A stretch of 63,989 nucleotides of DNA, the filler included, from Archaeoglobus sp. JdFR-37 (GTDB taxonomy: Archaea; Halobacteriota; Archaeoglobi; Archaeoglobales; Archaeoglobaceae), in the NCBI GenBank assembly GCA_002010215.1. It is 5 parts of 4 records of this genome, joined end to end, with 100 filler letters (N's around TTAATTAATTAA, not from the genome) between each part and the next. Parts side by side here need not be neighbours in the genome. Positions count along the whole stretch, not along the records: positions 44,756 to 60,921 come from MTMY01000016.1; positions 61,022 to 63,989 come from MTMY01000045.1; 3 more parts are not named here. One strand, written 5' to 3'. Both the position numbers and the translations under genes were made by a program. The notes below the pieces were generated by a model. The model saw only the letters and a program-made list of their open reading frames with translations, did no database searches and was not told the DNA's origin. Positions 51,172-62,033 of the stretch are shown piece after piece (position 1 is the stretch's first letter; each line of letters starts with the position of its first letter).

Positions 51172-52236
51172 ATGGCTCCAACCAAAACCTTCATGATTGC
51201 TGTTGCAGATAATGTGCAGTTTATGAAATGCTCCCTTGTCCTGCAGGGTTACGAGATGGGAAGCTGTCTGGTGGAATCTGGGAACAGAAAGCTCCCGGCA
51301 TGCAAAAGCACTTACAGAGAAGATGACAATCTCAGGCTCATTAAGGCCATTCATCTCTCACGCCCAGAGCACTACCTTTCCATCTATCAGTCGGGATGCA
51401 ATCTATCCTGCCTTAAGTGTCACTCTTGGTACTTTTCTAGGCGGGCAAATGGGATCTGGATGAGTCCTGAAGATATCGGAAAAGCTGCAGAAAGATACGT
51501 TGAGGAATACAGCATCATCTACGAGCCCAGAGAGAGGGCAACTTCATACCACGCCCTTGACCTCTGCAGAGGTTGTGGAAGCTGCATAATGCTTGGGAAA
51601 AGAAGCAAATTATGTCCAAATGCCATCAGTATTGATAAAATTGAACTAAGCGAGCAGGGATGGGGGCCAGCGAGAAACATTGTAGCCTTCACCGGCGGCG
51701 ATATAGCATGCAAACCGGAGTTCTATGCAAGAGCATCAGAGGAAATCAAGAAAGCCGGCAGATTGTGGGTGCTGTTTGAAACCAACGGCTATGGTCTTAC
51801 TCCTGAAAATCTGGATGTGCTTGAGGGCAGAGTGGATGCCTTCTGGCTGGACATTAAGGCTTATGACGAAAAAGTGCACAGGAAGCTTACCGGCGCTTCA
51901 AATAAACGAATACTTCAGCTTCCAGAGGAGATTGTTGACAGAGGGTTCGTTCTGGAGGTTCTGAGCCTCTACATTCCCGGGTGGGTTGAAACCGATCAGA
52001 TAGCAAGGATAGCAGAAATCTTGGCATCTGCCAATCCATCAATCCCCTTCACAATACTAGCTTTCTTCCCCGAATACAGAATGAGGCACGTAAGGCCGCC
52101 AACCCTTGCGGAAATGGTTGAGGCTTACGATGCATGCAAAGAATTTTTGAAAAATGTAAGGCTGGGAAATGTGGGAGTTTTTGCAAAGTCGGATAAAGAT
52201 TTAGAGTTTTTACTGGAAAACGGGTATAATTTCTGA
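51172..52236 (+). CDS. Radical SAM protein (PFL-activase-like) with an extra Cys cluster
   Basis: GCNLSCLKCH, insertion CRGCGSC..CP, FTGGD, ETNG, LDIK. Confidence 0.85.
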   Translation: MAPTKTFMIAVADNVQFMKCSLVLQGYEMGSCLVESGNRKLPACKSTYREDDNLRLIKAIHLSRPEHYLSIYQSGCNLSCLKCHSWYFSRRANGIWMSPEDIGKAAERYVEEYSIIYEPRERATSYHALDLCRGCGSCIMLGKRSKLCPNAISIDKIELSEQGWGPARNIVAFTGGDIACKPEFYARASEEIKKAGRLWVLFETNGYGLTPENLDVLEGRVDAFWLDIKAYDEKVHRKLTGASNKRILQLPEEIVDRGFVLEVLSLYIPGWVETDQIARIAEILASANPSIPFTILAFFPEYRMRHVRPPTLAEMVEAYDACKEFLKNVRLGNVGVFAKSDKDLEFLLENGYNF

Positions 52237-52282
52237 TTCAGCTTCTTCCTGTTTCGATTCTATTTACTCCATACGCCATACC

Positions 52283-55200
52283 TCAAACCCGTCTGATTTC
52301 CTCATACAGCTCTTCCAGCGCCTCCAGATAGTCGAGTTCTCCTCTCTCCACTGCATCCATCTTCTCTTCAAGTAGTCTGGTTCGATCTTCGGAAACGAAG
52401 CCACCATAATTTCTCCTAAGAAATTCGAAGACCTCTATGCCCCTCTTGGTTGGATAGATCCTTCCGTTTCTCTCGCCCACATAGTTCCTGACAAACAGTC
52501 TGTCGAGAATTGTGGCGTAGGTTGATGGTCTTCCGATGCCCTTCTCCTTCATCAACTGCACTACATCTGACTGGGTATACAGCGGGGCCTTTGGAATGCT
52601 GCGAATTTCAGCATTGACTTTAAATCTACCAGTCGGCAACGCATCCTTAATCCATACTGACCAGCGGTAAAGCTGGTAGGCCTTTCCTGAAGCCTCAACA
52701 ACCCTTTCCTCATTGAATTCCTTTCCGTTGGCAGTAATTTTGTACTCAGCAATCTTCACAGCGTATGCCTTACACTGACTCGCCATAAAACGACGGAATA
52801 TGAGGTCATAGAGGGCAAGATGCGCCCATTTAAGATCTTCAGCCTGTATAACCCCTTCGTGGATGAGCCTTTCCAGCGTGTTTCTGTCAACGGGTCTGGT
52901 TGGTCTTATGCACTCGTGGGCACCTTCACCTTCAACAGCCCAACTCCTTCCCTGATAATCGTCGCCGAGATAATCTCTTGCAATCCTCAGTCCCACCTCG
53001 CTTACGTGTGTGGAGTCAGTTCTGTGGTAGGTTATGAGACCTCTTTCAAAGAGATCCTGGGCTATTCTCATGGTTTCTTTCGCCGAGAGCTTCAGAATTG
53101 CGTTTGCGTCCCTCAGCATCCCATCTGTGGTATAAGGAGGGAGAGGATTTCTTTCTTCAACCCTCTCGTTCAGCAGGGAGATGTCGAGTTCAAGTTCTCT
53201 CTCATCGACATCCTCCAGATACAGGCTGAACTCCTTGATTACCGCTATCTTTCGTCGATCTCTACTCTCTTTAGCTCTCTCAATTATCCAGCCAAGCACC
53301 GGCGTTTGAGCTCTTCCCGCAGAAAGATTTGTGTCGTGGAAAACCTGCCAGAGTTTCTGACTCAAAACGAAGCCTATCCACCTGTCCTCGATCCTTCTGA
53401 CTAGCTGCGCCTTCACGAGGTTCTCATCAATATCTCTCAGGTTAGTTAGAGCTTCCATTAACGCCCTTCGTGTGACTTCGTGGAATTCCGCTCTTCTGAT
53501 CTCAGCACACCCGGAAAGGAGGTTTTTGATGTCCCAGGCAATTTTTTCCCCTTCACTGTCGGGGTCAGTTCCTATAATGACAAAGCCCGTCTCTTTAGCG
53601 AGCTTTCTCAGCATCGCTATTCTGCCCTTTGAGTCATCTATATCTCCACCACATTTCGGACAGGAATCACGTTCCTCTGTGAACTGGTAGCTGCACTTCC
53701 TGCAGCGTTTGATTGATGCATACACTGGCACGAATCGCCCACTTCCATCCCTGCCGTTTACTTCCACACCATGGAACCCTCTGTCGGTGATCAGGTCTGT
53801 GACATGGCCGAGGCTGGCAGTGATTATCAATACCCTTTCTGGAGTTGGGACTTCGTAGGCTATAGCTGTGGACTCATCGACTGTAAAAACCTTGATGCTT
53901 GGCTGTCCGAAGAATCTGGCTATTTGTTTGGCTTTCGTAGGGCTTTCGACAACGAAAAGAGTGGGTTTAATGATGTCAAACTCGCTTCGCTTTCTATAAC
54001 GATTTCTGGTTTCGTCTATCTCTTTTTTCAACTCCTCAAAATCAACTTCCTGCAGGGGTTTGAAGTCTATATCGTAAAACTTCGCCCTCTCGACGAATGC
54101 TGAGAGAACGTCAGGGTCTTTTTCAAGGAGGAATGAGGCCCCCTTTGTTATGCCCCCTGCAAAGAGGCGGGAGGTTCTGCCAGAGCCTTGGATGTATGTT
54201 CTTATGTCTGGGAATACCACTTCATCCCCCTTAAATACAACATCCTTCCCAGAAGCTCCACTCTTTGACACCACAACCTTGAGAACTTCTCTGAGCTTTC
54301 CCATCTCTTCTGGCTTCCTGTCTATGGTTGGAAGGATTTGCAGAAAAGGTTTTACCTCTTCACTCTCTCTGAAAATGAACGCGAGGGTTTTGATGATTCC
54401 GGGAGAAGTTGAATCGATATCCTCTATCCTGACTCTGAAGACGGGTGCGCCGTAAAAAACGGCAAATCTTATCCTTTCTGGAAGATCAAGCCCTCTCACA
54501 AGGGTTCCGTAATAATAGGCGGTGCCGATGAGGTAATCTATCTCCCCTTTCTCAAAGAGTTCGTAATCCTTCGTTCTGCCTGACGTAACCAAGCCGATTT
54601 TTAGTTGGGGCTTCGAGATTTCTGAGAGCTTTCTGTAAATCTCCTCGGCCTCCTCACCATTTCTGGCAAATATGATACCTCCACTACCCATCTCAAACAG
54701 TATTTTGCGAAGCGTTTCCAGATTCGCCCCCTCTGCCTCCACAACAATGTCTTCTATGTTTCTCACAGCATGGGTTGTACTTCCCACGTCGAAGTTCAGA
54801 AGCTGCCTGAAAAGCTGAACCTTCTGACCCTTCTTGGCGGTGGCGGTGGAGACCATAAGACTGCCCTTCGCCTCACCTTCCCATCCTCTTGCAGTCTTCC
54901 TGAACCCGAGAAGCATCAGAATCCTGTCCACATTTCGGGAAGCTTTCAGAACAGCATCCACATCATCCACAAAAATGAAGTTGAAAGTCTTGTTTATGTC
55001 ATTAAAGTGCTTCGCAAGGAACTGGGTGGTTGTAACAAGGATATGAAAGTCCTTTTTGAGCAGCTCGAAAAATTTCTCCTTCTCCTCTTTCTTCAGCCTC
55101 CCGTGATAGTGTAGCAAGATGATGTCAGAATTTTCATTAATACCCAGATTGAGGCTAAGTCTGACTGCATATTCCTGAATATTCTCAACAACCTGCTTAA

Positions 55201-55534
55201 CGAGGAGTGTTGTGGGGAGGATTATGTAGCTTCTTTTGCCCTTTAAGGCCAGAAACAGTGACATGACCGCTCCAAATGACGTCTTTCCAATACCCGTTGG
55301 TGCTACAGCAGCAAAACTTTCTCCGTTCAAGATTCGTCTTGCCCAGAATTTCTGTATTGCTCTCGGAGTGCCAACCGCCTTCTCGAAAAATTCAACAAAT
55401 TCTTGATAAAGGGATTCATATTTGAAGTGGCAGAGAGAAGTGTTCCTCCTGAAACATGAATGGGACTCAATCTCCTTACTGCCCAGGTCTCCTCCGCACG
55501 AGTGGCAAAGACCTGCGTAAATTACGTCTAGCAT
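52283..55534 (-). CDS. rgy: Reverse gyrase
   Basis: N-terminal Zn finger, APTGIGKT, DDVD, QGSGRTSR, ESPTKA, TDPDSEGE, ITYHRTDS, GIGRPSTY. Confidence 0.97.
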   Translation of the reverse strand: MLDVIYAGLCHSCGGDLGSKEIESHSCFRRNTSLCHFKYESLYQEFVEFFEKAVGTPRAIQKFWARRILNGESFAAVAPTGIGKTSFGAVMSLFLALKGKRSYIILPTTLLVKQVVENIQEYAVRLSLNLGINENSDIILLHYHGRLKKEEKEKFFELLKKDFHILVTTTQFLAKHFNDINKTFNFIFVDDVDAVLKASRNVDRILMLLGFRKTARGWEGEAKGSLMVSTATAKKGQKVQLFRQLLNFDVGSTTHAVRNIEDIVVEAEGANLETLRKILFEMGSGGIIFARNGEEAEEIYRKLSEISKPQLKIGLVTSGRTKDYELFEKGEIDYLIGTAYYYGTLVRGLDLPERIRFAVFYGAPVFRVRIEDIDSTSPGIIKTLAFIFRESEEVKPFLQILPTIDRKPEEMGKLREVLKVVVSKSGASGKDVVFKGDEVVFPDIRTYIQGSGRTSRLFAGGITKGASFLLEKDPDVLSAFVERAKFYDIDFKPLQEVDFEELKKEIDETRNRYRKRSEFDIIKPTLFVVESPTKAKQIARFFGQPSIKVFTVDESTAIAYEVPTPERVLIITASLGHVTDLITDRGFHGVEVNGRDGSGRFVPVYASIKRCRKCSYQFTEERDSCPKCGGDIDDSKGRIAMLRKLAKETGFVIIGTDPDSEGEKIAWDIKNLLSGCAEIRRAEFHEVTRRALMEALTNLRDIDENLVKAQLVRRIEDRWIGFVLSQKLWQVFHDTNLSAGRAQTPVLGWIIERAKESRDRRKIAVIKEFSLYLEDVDERELELDISLLNERVEERNPLPPYTTDGMLRDANAILKLSAKETMRIAQDLFERGLITYHRTDSTHVSEVGLRIARDYLGDDYQGRSWAVEGEGAHECIRPTRPVDRNTLERLIHEGVIQAEDLKWAHLALYDLIFRRFMASQCKAYAVKIAEYKITANGKEFNEERVVEASGKAYQLYRWSVWIKDALPTGRFKVNAEIRSIPKAPLYTQSDVVQLMKEKGIGRPSTYATILDRLFVRNYVGERNGRIYPTKRGIEVFEFLRRNYGGFVSEDRTRLLEEKMDAVERGELDYLEALEELYEEIRRV

Positions 55535-55821
55535 TAAATAAAAACTGAGGCAAAATGAATAAATTTGTTTTGATGCTTTGGCCCCTTCACATCCCTCTAT
55601 TTTCCCAAACTTCTTGCTATGGTTTTTCTTGGCTTATCTTGGTTTATATCTTAGATGGTCGAGGGTTAGGTTGGAGGTTAAATGGGAGGTTGAGAGACAA
55701 TAGAACCACAATAGAACAAAAAATAAACGAGAGTGGGCAATCAAATAGTCAGCCTAACTATGGAAGTCCTCAAGAAAACCAATGCCTAATTTTTATAAAC
55801 ATGCTCGTCTTTCGCCCAAGT

Positions 55822-56589
55822 ATGGCTGAAATGACAGCAACAGAGATTGCAGAGATTCTCGTAGCAATGCGGGTGAAGTTACTGAGAATCGCCATAATCA
55901 TTGCAGTTGTATGGGCGATATCCTTTGCTCGCATTGCCGACATCGTCATCTCAAAAATAGAGCAGGATTTACTCCCTGAAGGTGCGAACCTCATCTATCA
56001 GTACCCTCTTGAAGGTCTCGTTCTCAAGCTCAAGATCAGTCTGATTTTTGGATTTGTGGCAGCGCTACCTTATATGGTCAAGCTGGCATATGAAGCCCTC
56101 AGAGATCGCACAGAGATCCTCACAAACCTTGAGCTCACAAAAATGAAGGTAGTTAAGTACGTGTCTGCTTCCATTATACTCTTTTTGATCGGTCTGACTT
56201 ACGGCTATTCTCTTATGCTCCCTCTTTTCCTCCAGTTCCTTTACCAGTCGGCTGCAGCCCAAGGTGTGCTGGCTTACTACTCCTTAGCTGAATTCATCAA
56301 TTTCGTGGTGCTCATGCTTGCCGTTTTTGGTATCGTCTTCCAAATGCCGCTGGTAATGATATTCTTGGTCAGTAATGATTTGGTGAAACTTGAAACAGTC
56401 AGATATTATCGCAGGCACTTTTATGTGGTTTTCTTCATCATTGGTGCAGCCATAACCCCGCCGGATGTCTTCACCCAGGCCATGGTAGCTCTGCCCATGA
56501 TAGTGCTCTTTGAGTTCAGTATCCTGATTAGCAAGATTTTTGAAAGACCTAGCCAGCACTCTGAACCTGATATGGCTTATGAAATATAA
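55822..56589 (+). CDS. tatC: Twin-arginine translocase subunit TatC
   Basis: PLEG..LKLK, FGIVFQMP, ITPPDVFTQ, LFE. Confidence 0.9.
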   Translation: MAEMTATEIAEILVAMRVKLLRIAIIIAVVWAISFARIADIVISKIEQDLLPEGANLIYQYPLEGLVLKLKISLIFGFVAALPYMVKLAYEALRDRTEILTNLELTKMKVVKYVSASIILFLIGLTYGYSLMLPLFLQFLYQSAAAQGVLAYYSLAEFINFVVLMLAVFGIVFQMPLVMIFLVSNDLVKLETVRYYRRHFYVVFFIIGAAITPPDVFTQAMVALPMIVLFEFSILISKIFERPSQHSEPDMAYEI

Positions 56590-56788
56590 CTCGGATATGG
56601 CGGTTAGGTAAGTTTGGATAAGTTAAATAAAATGGACTGAAATGATTGGAATAAATCGACTATTATAGGATTGAAACCTCGCAAGTCATTACTTGAATTT
56701 TCTTCCTCAATACACCCATCAGCAATCACCCCCAAACTTTATATAGAACTACCAATCCAGCGGTGCCATTAAAGGAGGTGTTTAAAGT

Positions 56789-58447
56789 ATGGCTACATTG
56801 CAGGGCACACCCGTGCTCATTTTGAGAGAAGGAACTCAGAGAACGACGGGGAGGGATGCGCAGCGCCTTAACATCATGGCCGCTCGCGTGATTGCAGAGG
56901 CAGTTAGGTCCACACTGGGACCAAGAGGCATGGACAAGATGCTGGTTGACGGTTTGGGAGACATAGTGATAACAAACGATGGTGTCACGATTCTGAAGGA
57001 GATGGACGTGGAGCATCCGGCAGCAAAGATGGTTATAGAGATTGCAAAGAGTCAGGAGAACGAGGTTGGAGATGGTACAACAACTGCCGTTGTCATCGCT
57101 GGCGAACTTCTCAAGAGGGCAGAAGAACTGATTGAGAGCGAGATTCATCCAGCCATCATAAGCAACGGTTACAGGTTTGCTGCTCAGAAAGCAATTGAGG
57201 TGCTGGAAGAGATAGCCATTCCAGTTAGCAGAGATGACGATGAGGTGCTGAAGAAAATTGCAGCCACCGCCATGACGGGAAAGGGTGCTGAAGTTGCTGT
57301 TGGAAAGCTTTCAGACATAGCTGTTAAGGCAGTAAAGGCGGTTGCTGAAGAAGTAAACGGAAAGCTTGAGGTTGACACTGATAACGTCAAAATCGAGAAG
57401 AGAACAGGAGCAAGCGTTGATGAGACTGAACTCATAGATGGAATCGTTTTGGACAAAGAGGTCGTCCATCCAGGAATGCCAAAGAAGATAGAGAACGCAA
57501 AGATACTGCTGTTCAACGGAGCACTTGAAGTCAAGGAGACCGAAACAGACGCAAAGATTCGCATTACCGATCCAGAGATGCTCCAGAAGTTCATCGAGCA
57601 GGAGGAGAAGATGTTACAGGACATGGTGGACAAGATCGTTGGTAGCGGTGCAAATGTCTTGTTCTGCCAGAAAGGTATCGATGACCTTGCCCAGTACTAT
57701 CTCGCTAAAGCCGGAGTGCTGGCAGTAAGGAGAGTCAAGAAGAGCGATATCGAAAAGCTGGCAAAGGCCACGGGAGCCAGAATACTCACAGATCTCAGAG
57801 ACATCAAGCCAGAGGATCTTGGAGAGGCAAACCTCGTAGAAGAGAGGAAAGTTGGCGATGAGAAGATGGTATTCGTAACAGGATGCAAGAATCCGAAGGC
57901 AGTAACAATCATCGTCAGAGGAGGCACGGAGCATGTGGTAGACGAAATGGCAAGGGGCGTTGAGGATGCAATCAGAGTGGTTGCAGTAGCACTTGAGGAT
58001 GGAAAGGTTGTAGCTGGCGCAGGCGCTCCTGAAATTGAAGTAAGTCTGAAGCTCAGAGAGTGGTCTCCGAAGCTTGGCGGGAGAGAGCAGCTGGCTGTTG
58101 AAGCTTTTGCTGCTGCTCTGGAGATAATCCCCAAGACACTGGCAGAGAACGCTGGTCTTGACCCGATAGATGTTCTTGTGGAACTCAAAGCTGCCCATGA
58201 GAAGGGACAGAAGACTGCTGGAGTTAATGTTGATACCGGCAAAGTCGTCGACATGAAGGAATCCGGTGTTCTTGAGCCACTCCGCGTGAAAAAGAATGCA
58301 ATTGAGTCCGCAACAGAAGTCGCGGTAATGATACTCCGCATTGACGATGTCATTGCCGCAAAGGGTCTTGAGAAGAGCAAGGGCGGCGGAGAAGGCCCAG
58401 AAGACATGGACATGGGAATGGGTGGCATGGGCGGTATGGGCTTCTGA
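56789..58447 (+). CDS. ths: Thermosome (group II chaperonin) subunit
   Basis: [26 protein letters not shown]-rich tail. Confidence 0.97.
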   Translation: MATLQGTPVLILREGTQRTTGRDAQRLNIMAARVIAEAVRSTLGPRGMDKMLVDGLGDIVITNDGVTILKEMDVEHPAAKMVIEIAKSQENEVGDGTTTAVVIAGELLKRAEELIESEIHPAIISNGYRFAAQKAIEVLEEIAIPVSRDDDEVLKKIAATAMTGKGAEVAVGKLSDIAVKAVKAVAEEVNGKLEVDTDNVKIEKRTGASVDETELIDGIVLDKEVVHPGMPKKIENAKILLFNGALEVKETETDAKIRITDPEMLQKFIEQEEKMLQDMVDKIVGSGANVLFCQKGIDDLAQYYLAKAGVLAVRRVKKSDIEKLAKATGARILTDLRDIKPEDLGEANLVEERKVGDEKMVFVTGCKNPKAVTIIVRGGTEHVVDEMARGVEDAIRVVAVALEDGKVVAGAGAPEIEVSLKLREWSPKLGGREQLAVEAFAAALEIIPKTLAENAGLDPIDVLVELKAAHEKGQKTAGVNVDTGKVVDMKESGVLEPLRVKKNAIESATEVAVMILRIDDVIAAKGLEKSKGGGEGPEDMDMGMGGMGGMGF

Positions 58448-58835
58448 GCCCATTCAATTTTTAATTTTCGAGTTTTGAGAATTTCTTAGCGTTATACAGC
58501 ATTATATGAGTGCACAAAACACTGAAATGGCTTCTTTATTACTTTAGCAAGATTTTACAATACCATACGGTAACTCTAACTCTTATTTATTGTTTTTATA
58601 ATTTAGATTTTTTATTTAAGGTCTCTTTGAACTTGATGCACTCAATCTGGCCGTTCCTAATAAATCCTAAACCCGAAATATCTATCCTCAACGCACTTCT
58701 GTAAAGACTTGATAGATTGTTCTTAGCGATCCTTGGTTCTTCAGGTGTTAAGAGCGGGGCTTCACCTTCAATTTATTGGTAAAAAATTTACAGTGTTTCT
58801 TGAATAATCCCAATCATGAATGAAATGCAACATAG

Positions 58836-58931
58836 CTAAAACTGTGGCTTGACAAAATGTCCTTGCCCTCTTTGAAAAAGCGGTCCATAAACCAATTTTG
58901 GAATTGGGTATGTAATACCCACTATTTCCAT
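58836..58931 (-). pseudogene. DUF365-like (PUA-fold) gene remnant
   Basis: MEIVGITYPIPK / WFMDRFFKEGKDI / FVKP recovered across two compensating frameshifts, then an early stop; ATG overlaps the upstream stop (TAATG). Confidence 0.55.
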
Positions 58932-59122
58932 TAAGCCAAACCTCCCGAAGCTTCCTTATTAAGCTCTTTCCCGAACTTTTCTCTGAAAATGCTTTCGGCG
59001 AGTTCTGAAAATTCAGGAAATCGTTCAGCAAATCGGTTAAATAATTCCCTCGCACAGAACTCGCATCCTCCATCTGCCGTGGCGAGAATCTCCAGAACTG
59101 TTTTGGCTTCATGGTTATCCAT
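58931..59122 (-). CDS. Small hypothetical protein with ADGGCxxC motif
   Basis: 63 aa MDNHEAK..TADGGCEFCA; overlaps the ATPase end; GGAGG RBS. Confidence 0.7.
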   Translation of the reverse strand: MDNHEAKTVLEILATADGGCEFCARELFNRFAERFPEFSELAESIFREKFGKELNKEASGGLA

Positions 59123-60287
59123 GCTTCTCGCCTCCGGTGAGAATCTCGTAGAGGAATTTGGGAACATCTTTCCCGCTTAAAACTTTCACATCCCCAGGGT
59201 ATCTCCCTTTTGCTCTCCCTGACTTTACCTCGACTTTTACATCATCAGATATGGCATCTATTTCGTACCGGTTGCGGTAGTAATAAACCTCCCCGAATTT
59301 TCTGTAAAGATGCTCCTGAACGACCCACTCATACAGGACATCTTTTTTAATTCCCCTTTTTGCCCAGATTGCGTGGCTCCTCGCCAGCAATGGATCCCTG
59401 ATTGCAAGCTTGCGCTCCTTCCTCGGGTAGATTTTCCCATCTCCGCCCATAAAGGGTATCTGGAGCAGAATATGCAGCCCCTCAAAAAGCTCGATGTATT
59501 TCCGGACTGTATTTGTAGAGACTCCAATTTCTCCTGCTATAGAGTTGAAAGATGTTGGAGAGGGGGCTTTATCTATCAGAACCCCAATAATTTCCCTTGC
59601 CATACCCGTTGAGCGGTCGAAATACTTTATATCTGACTTTATGAGGGATATGTGCTCCTCCACTTTTAGCTCCCCGTTGAGAAATGCTAAATATCCACCT
59701 GTCTCCAGATACCTGTCGAAGACCTCTTCCCCCTTCTCTTCGAAGAATTCTTGGTAAAAGAGGTGGTAGTAATCCCTGAAGGAGAGGGGAGTTATTTCAA
59801 GTCTTCTGCCACCACCCATCCTCCCAGCAAATGTTTCCACGTGTTTTCCTATGTCGAGAGATACGGAGCCCGTTATTGTCAAGATATCGTTTTTCAGGTA
59901 TCCGCGGTCAATAATATACTTTACAGCTCTCCACCAGTCTTTAACAAATGTTATTTCGTCAAGGAAAATGAAGGAAGCTGCAATATCTTTCCTCTCCCTT
60001 ATCTGGATGTATTCTTTAATGATTTCGATCAAATCTTCGTAATCTTCCAGGAGGTCGCAGCTGAAGTAAAAGATCGAGTAGGGGTTTTTACCTATCAGCG
60101 AGTTTATTAAAAGCTTGAGCCCCATTGTTTTTCCAACACGTCTCGGACCAACAATGAAGTTGAGGGAGAAGGGCTCAAGGGAGATATTTTTGATCCATTC
60201 CGGCACGATTTTGAATTTCAGCTTTTCAAATGATTCCATGTCCGGATCCGGTTCGTGAAACCACCAGGGATTCTGTTCTTCAATCAC
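59115..60287 (-). CDS. AAA+ ATPase (AAA_14 + DUF4143-like)
   Basis: QNPWW, GPRRVGKT, FLDEI, TGS, AGR, TGG, C-terminal EID..VEVK. Confidence 0.88.
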   Translation of the reverse strand: MIEEQNPWWFHEPDPDMESFEKLKFKIVPEWIKNISLEPFSLNFIVGPRRVGKTMGLKLLINSLIGKNPYSIFYFSCDLLEDYEDLIEIIKEYIQIRERKDIAASFIFLDEITFVKDWWRAVKYIIDRGYLKNDILTITGSVSLDIGKHVETFAGRMGGGRRLEITPLSFRDYYHLFYQEFFEEKGEEVFDRYLETGGYLAFLNGELKVEEHISLIKSDIKYFDRSTGMAREIIGVLIDKAPSPTSFNSIAGEIGVSTNTVRKYIELFEGLHILLQIPFMGGDGKIYPRKERKLAIRDPLLARSHAIWAKRGIKKDVLYEWVVQEHLYRKFGEVYYYRNRYEIDAISDDVKVEVKSGRAKGRYPGDVKVLSGKDVPKFLYEILTGGEKHG

Positions 60288-60346
60288 ATTAATTAGTAGT
60301 GCAAAGTAGTATTTAAGTATTATGCAGTATGAGTGAAAATGAATTA

Positions 60347-60535
60347 TTAAATAGTTTTCAATGACGGTGAAAAATAACTTGCAGCCTTCATCCAGAGCTC
60401 AATTGCAACCTTTATCTCTTTTAAAGCCTCCTTCTCAGTCTCTCCAAAAGCTGAGCAGCCAGGCAGCTCTGGAACTACAGCGATGTATCCTTCATCCTCC
60501 TCGCTGTAGAAGATCTCGATTGTGTATTTGTGCAT
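60347..60535 (-). CDS. HicB-family antitoxin (short, possibly truncated)
   Basis: YTIEIFYSEEDEGYIAVVPELPGCSAFGET..EAL..I..AIELW. Confidence 0.85.
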   Translation of the reverse strand: MHKYTIEIFYSEEDEGYIAVVPELPGCSAFGETEKEALKEIKVAIELWMKAASYFSPSLKTI

Positions 60536-60921
60536 CTCAATCCTCCTCAAGCAAATTATATTTCTCAATCACTTTTAAAAGTTGCATTGCTTTTAAGGGA
60601 TAGGGCAAGAAAACAAATTTTAGGAACCTACTGTTGTGCATAATCCTCTTCAAGCCGTCCAATCAACCCACTTTAACAACTACCTCAGCAACTTCACCCT
60701 TTTTTGTATACTTCAGGACCTCATCCAGATTCGACCTCTCTTTGACTTTATTGTAAAAAACAATGCCAGAAGCGTAGTGTTTTACTGAATCAAGCATTCT
60801 TTCCCCTGAACTCTCCAAAGACTACGACGCTGTTCAACCTCACTACTCCAAACACGCATGCAAGGTTGTATATCAGGTTTATTAAAGAACCGCTGTCACA
60901 GTAATCGGCCCTTACAGCATG

Positions 60922-61021
60922 NNNNNNNNNNNNNNNNNNNNNNNNNNNNNNNNNNNNNNNNNNNNTTAATTAATTAANNNNNNNNNNNNNNNNNNNNNNN
61001 NNNNNNNNNNNNNNNNNNNNN
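60922..61021. other. Artificial contig spacer
   Basis: N run with TTAATTAATTAA. Confidence 0.98.
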
Positions 61022-61172
61022 AATATATCAATTGCTATTTTCAGTGATAACTTTTTACTTTTAGATCCTGAAAAAGAGTTCAAGTTCTTCTGGTAATTCC
61101 ACTCCAGATCTAAACTCTATCACTTTCACATCACAGACAAAGGTGATATCCCTCTAAAATCCACCTTAACCT

Positions 61173-61730
61173 ATGCACATTGACATCCTGTCGGTGACGA
61201 TAAGGGGAGGCTTGACTGCTATTAGAGGCCCTGTAGCGATAGCAGTAGCCACTTTGAGGGATTACATAGAAAATTATCCCTTCTCGATGCTATATATCTG
61301 TGGGAATCATTCGANAGTGTTAGATCATCTGAAGGGAGATTTCGATGTGAGAAGAGCCTTCACNGTATATCAGCTTTTTAGCATCTTGGAGGAAGTGTAT
61401 CAGGATGTCGTGTTTATGGAGCATGATCCTTTATTGTTTGAGGATGTTTCTGGCGGAAACAGAGATATAGATAAAGATAGGAGTATGGCCCACATAATAG
61501 AGAACCTATCGCTTGCCATAAAGGATGTTTCGAGAGGCAGACTTATCATCTANTATTCAGCCTCTCACGACATATTCTTCGATGTTGTAGCGAGAAACTC
61601 TGACAGAGTTCTGATATTTGAGAAAGAGCCTGGAGGATATTTCATAGTGGATTCCGAAGGCTATAAGGGTTGCAGAAGGCTTCACCACCGCTTTCTGCCC
61701 AAGGGTCAGACGACTCTGGAAATCTTCTAA
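61173..61730 (+). CDS. Degenerate RadA/RecA-fold protein of the PolB2 cassette
   Basis: LYICGN, VRRAFTVYQL..IL (RecA-like), no Walker A, C-terminal GQTTLEIF (PIP-like). Confidence 0.7.
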   Translation: MHIDILSVTIRGGLTAIRGPVAIAVATLRDYIENYPFSMLYICGNHSXVLDHLKGDFDVRRAFXVYQLFSILEEVYQDVVFMEHDPLLFEDVSGGNRDIDKDRSMAHIIENLSLAIKDVSRGRLIIXYSASHDIFFDVVARNSDRVLIFEKEPGGYFIVDSEGYKGCRRLHHRFLPKGQTTLEIF

Positions 61731-61739
61731 GGTGATATC

Positions 61740-62003
61740 ATGGGAAGGAGTGTTTCGAGCATCAGACAGGATGTAAAAGCAATATCGGAGAGATGGATCA
61801 AAACTAAGAAAGCCTTGAAGAAAGAAGATCAGCTTTACGCAGAGGAACTCGCTAAGATGGTTAAGATGCACTCTAATGAGGTCTTCTATCTTTTCGATGA
61901 TCCCTTAGAGGCTGCCATGTTCTCCTTGCTTATAGAGATGCTCAAGAAGATTGATAGCTTGGAAAATAAAGATGCCGAGTCTGAACAGGAGTTTAAAGAT
62001 TAA
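61740..62003 (+). CDS. Small alpha-helical PolB2-associated protein (arCOG07300-like)
   Basis: MGRSVSSIR..RW...KALKKED...DPLE..MFSLLIE; lies between the RadA-like gene and polB2. Confidence 0.75.
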   Translation: MGRSVSSIRQDVKAISERWIKTKKALKKEDQLYAEELAKMVKMHSNEVFYLFDDPLEAAMFSLLIEMLKKIDSLENKDAESEQEFKD

Positions 62004-62033
62004 TAGAAAGAAAAGATTGATGGAACAAAAAAT

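Noticed and set aside
57184..58453. Long antisense ORFs over the thermosome gene (similar ones over thiC, rgy and hbd)
   Set aside because: Shadow frames of strongly coding genes with no recognisable motifs
58891..58901. ACCAATTTTGG, matching the end of the tRNA-adjacent element
   Set aside because: Only 11 bp, with no further similarity and no tRNA next to it; likely chance
60620..60921. Short minus-strand frames before the last gap
   Set aside because: Possibly gene debris, but no family motif could be recognised
9728..61021. Four copies of TTAATTAATTAA inside N runs
   Set aside because: Artificial six-frame-stop linkers used to join contigs; ORFs ending in ...XLIN are artefacts
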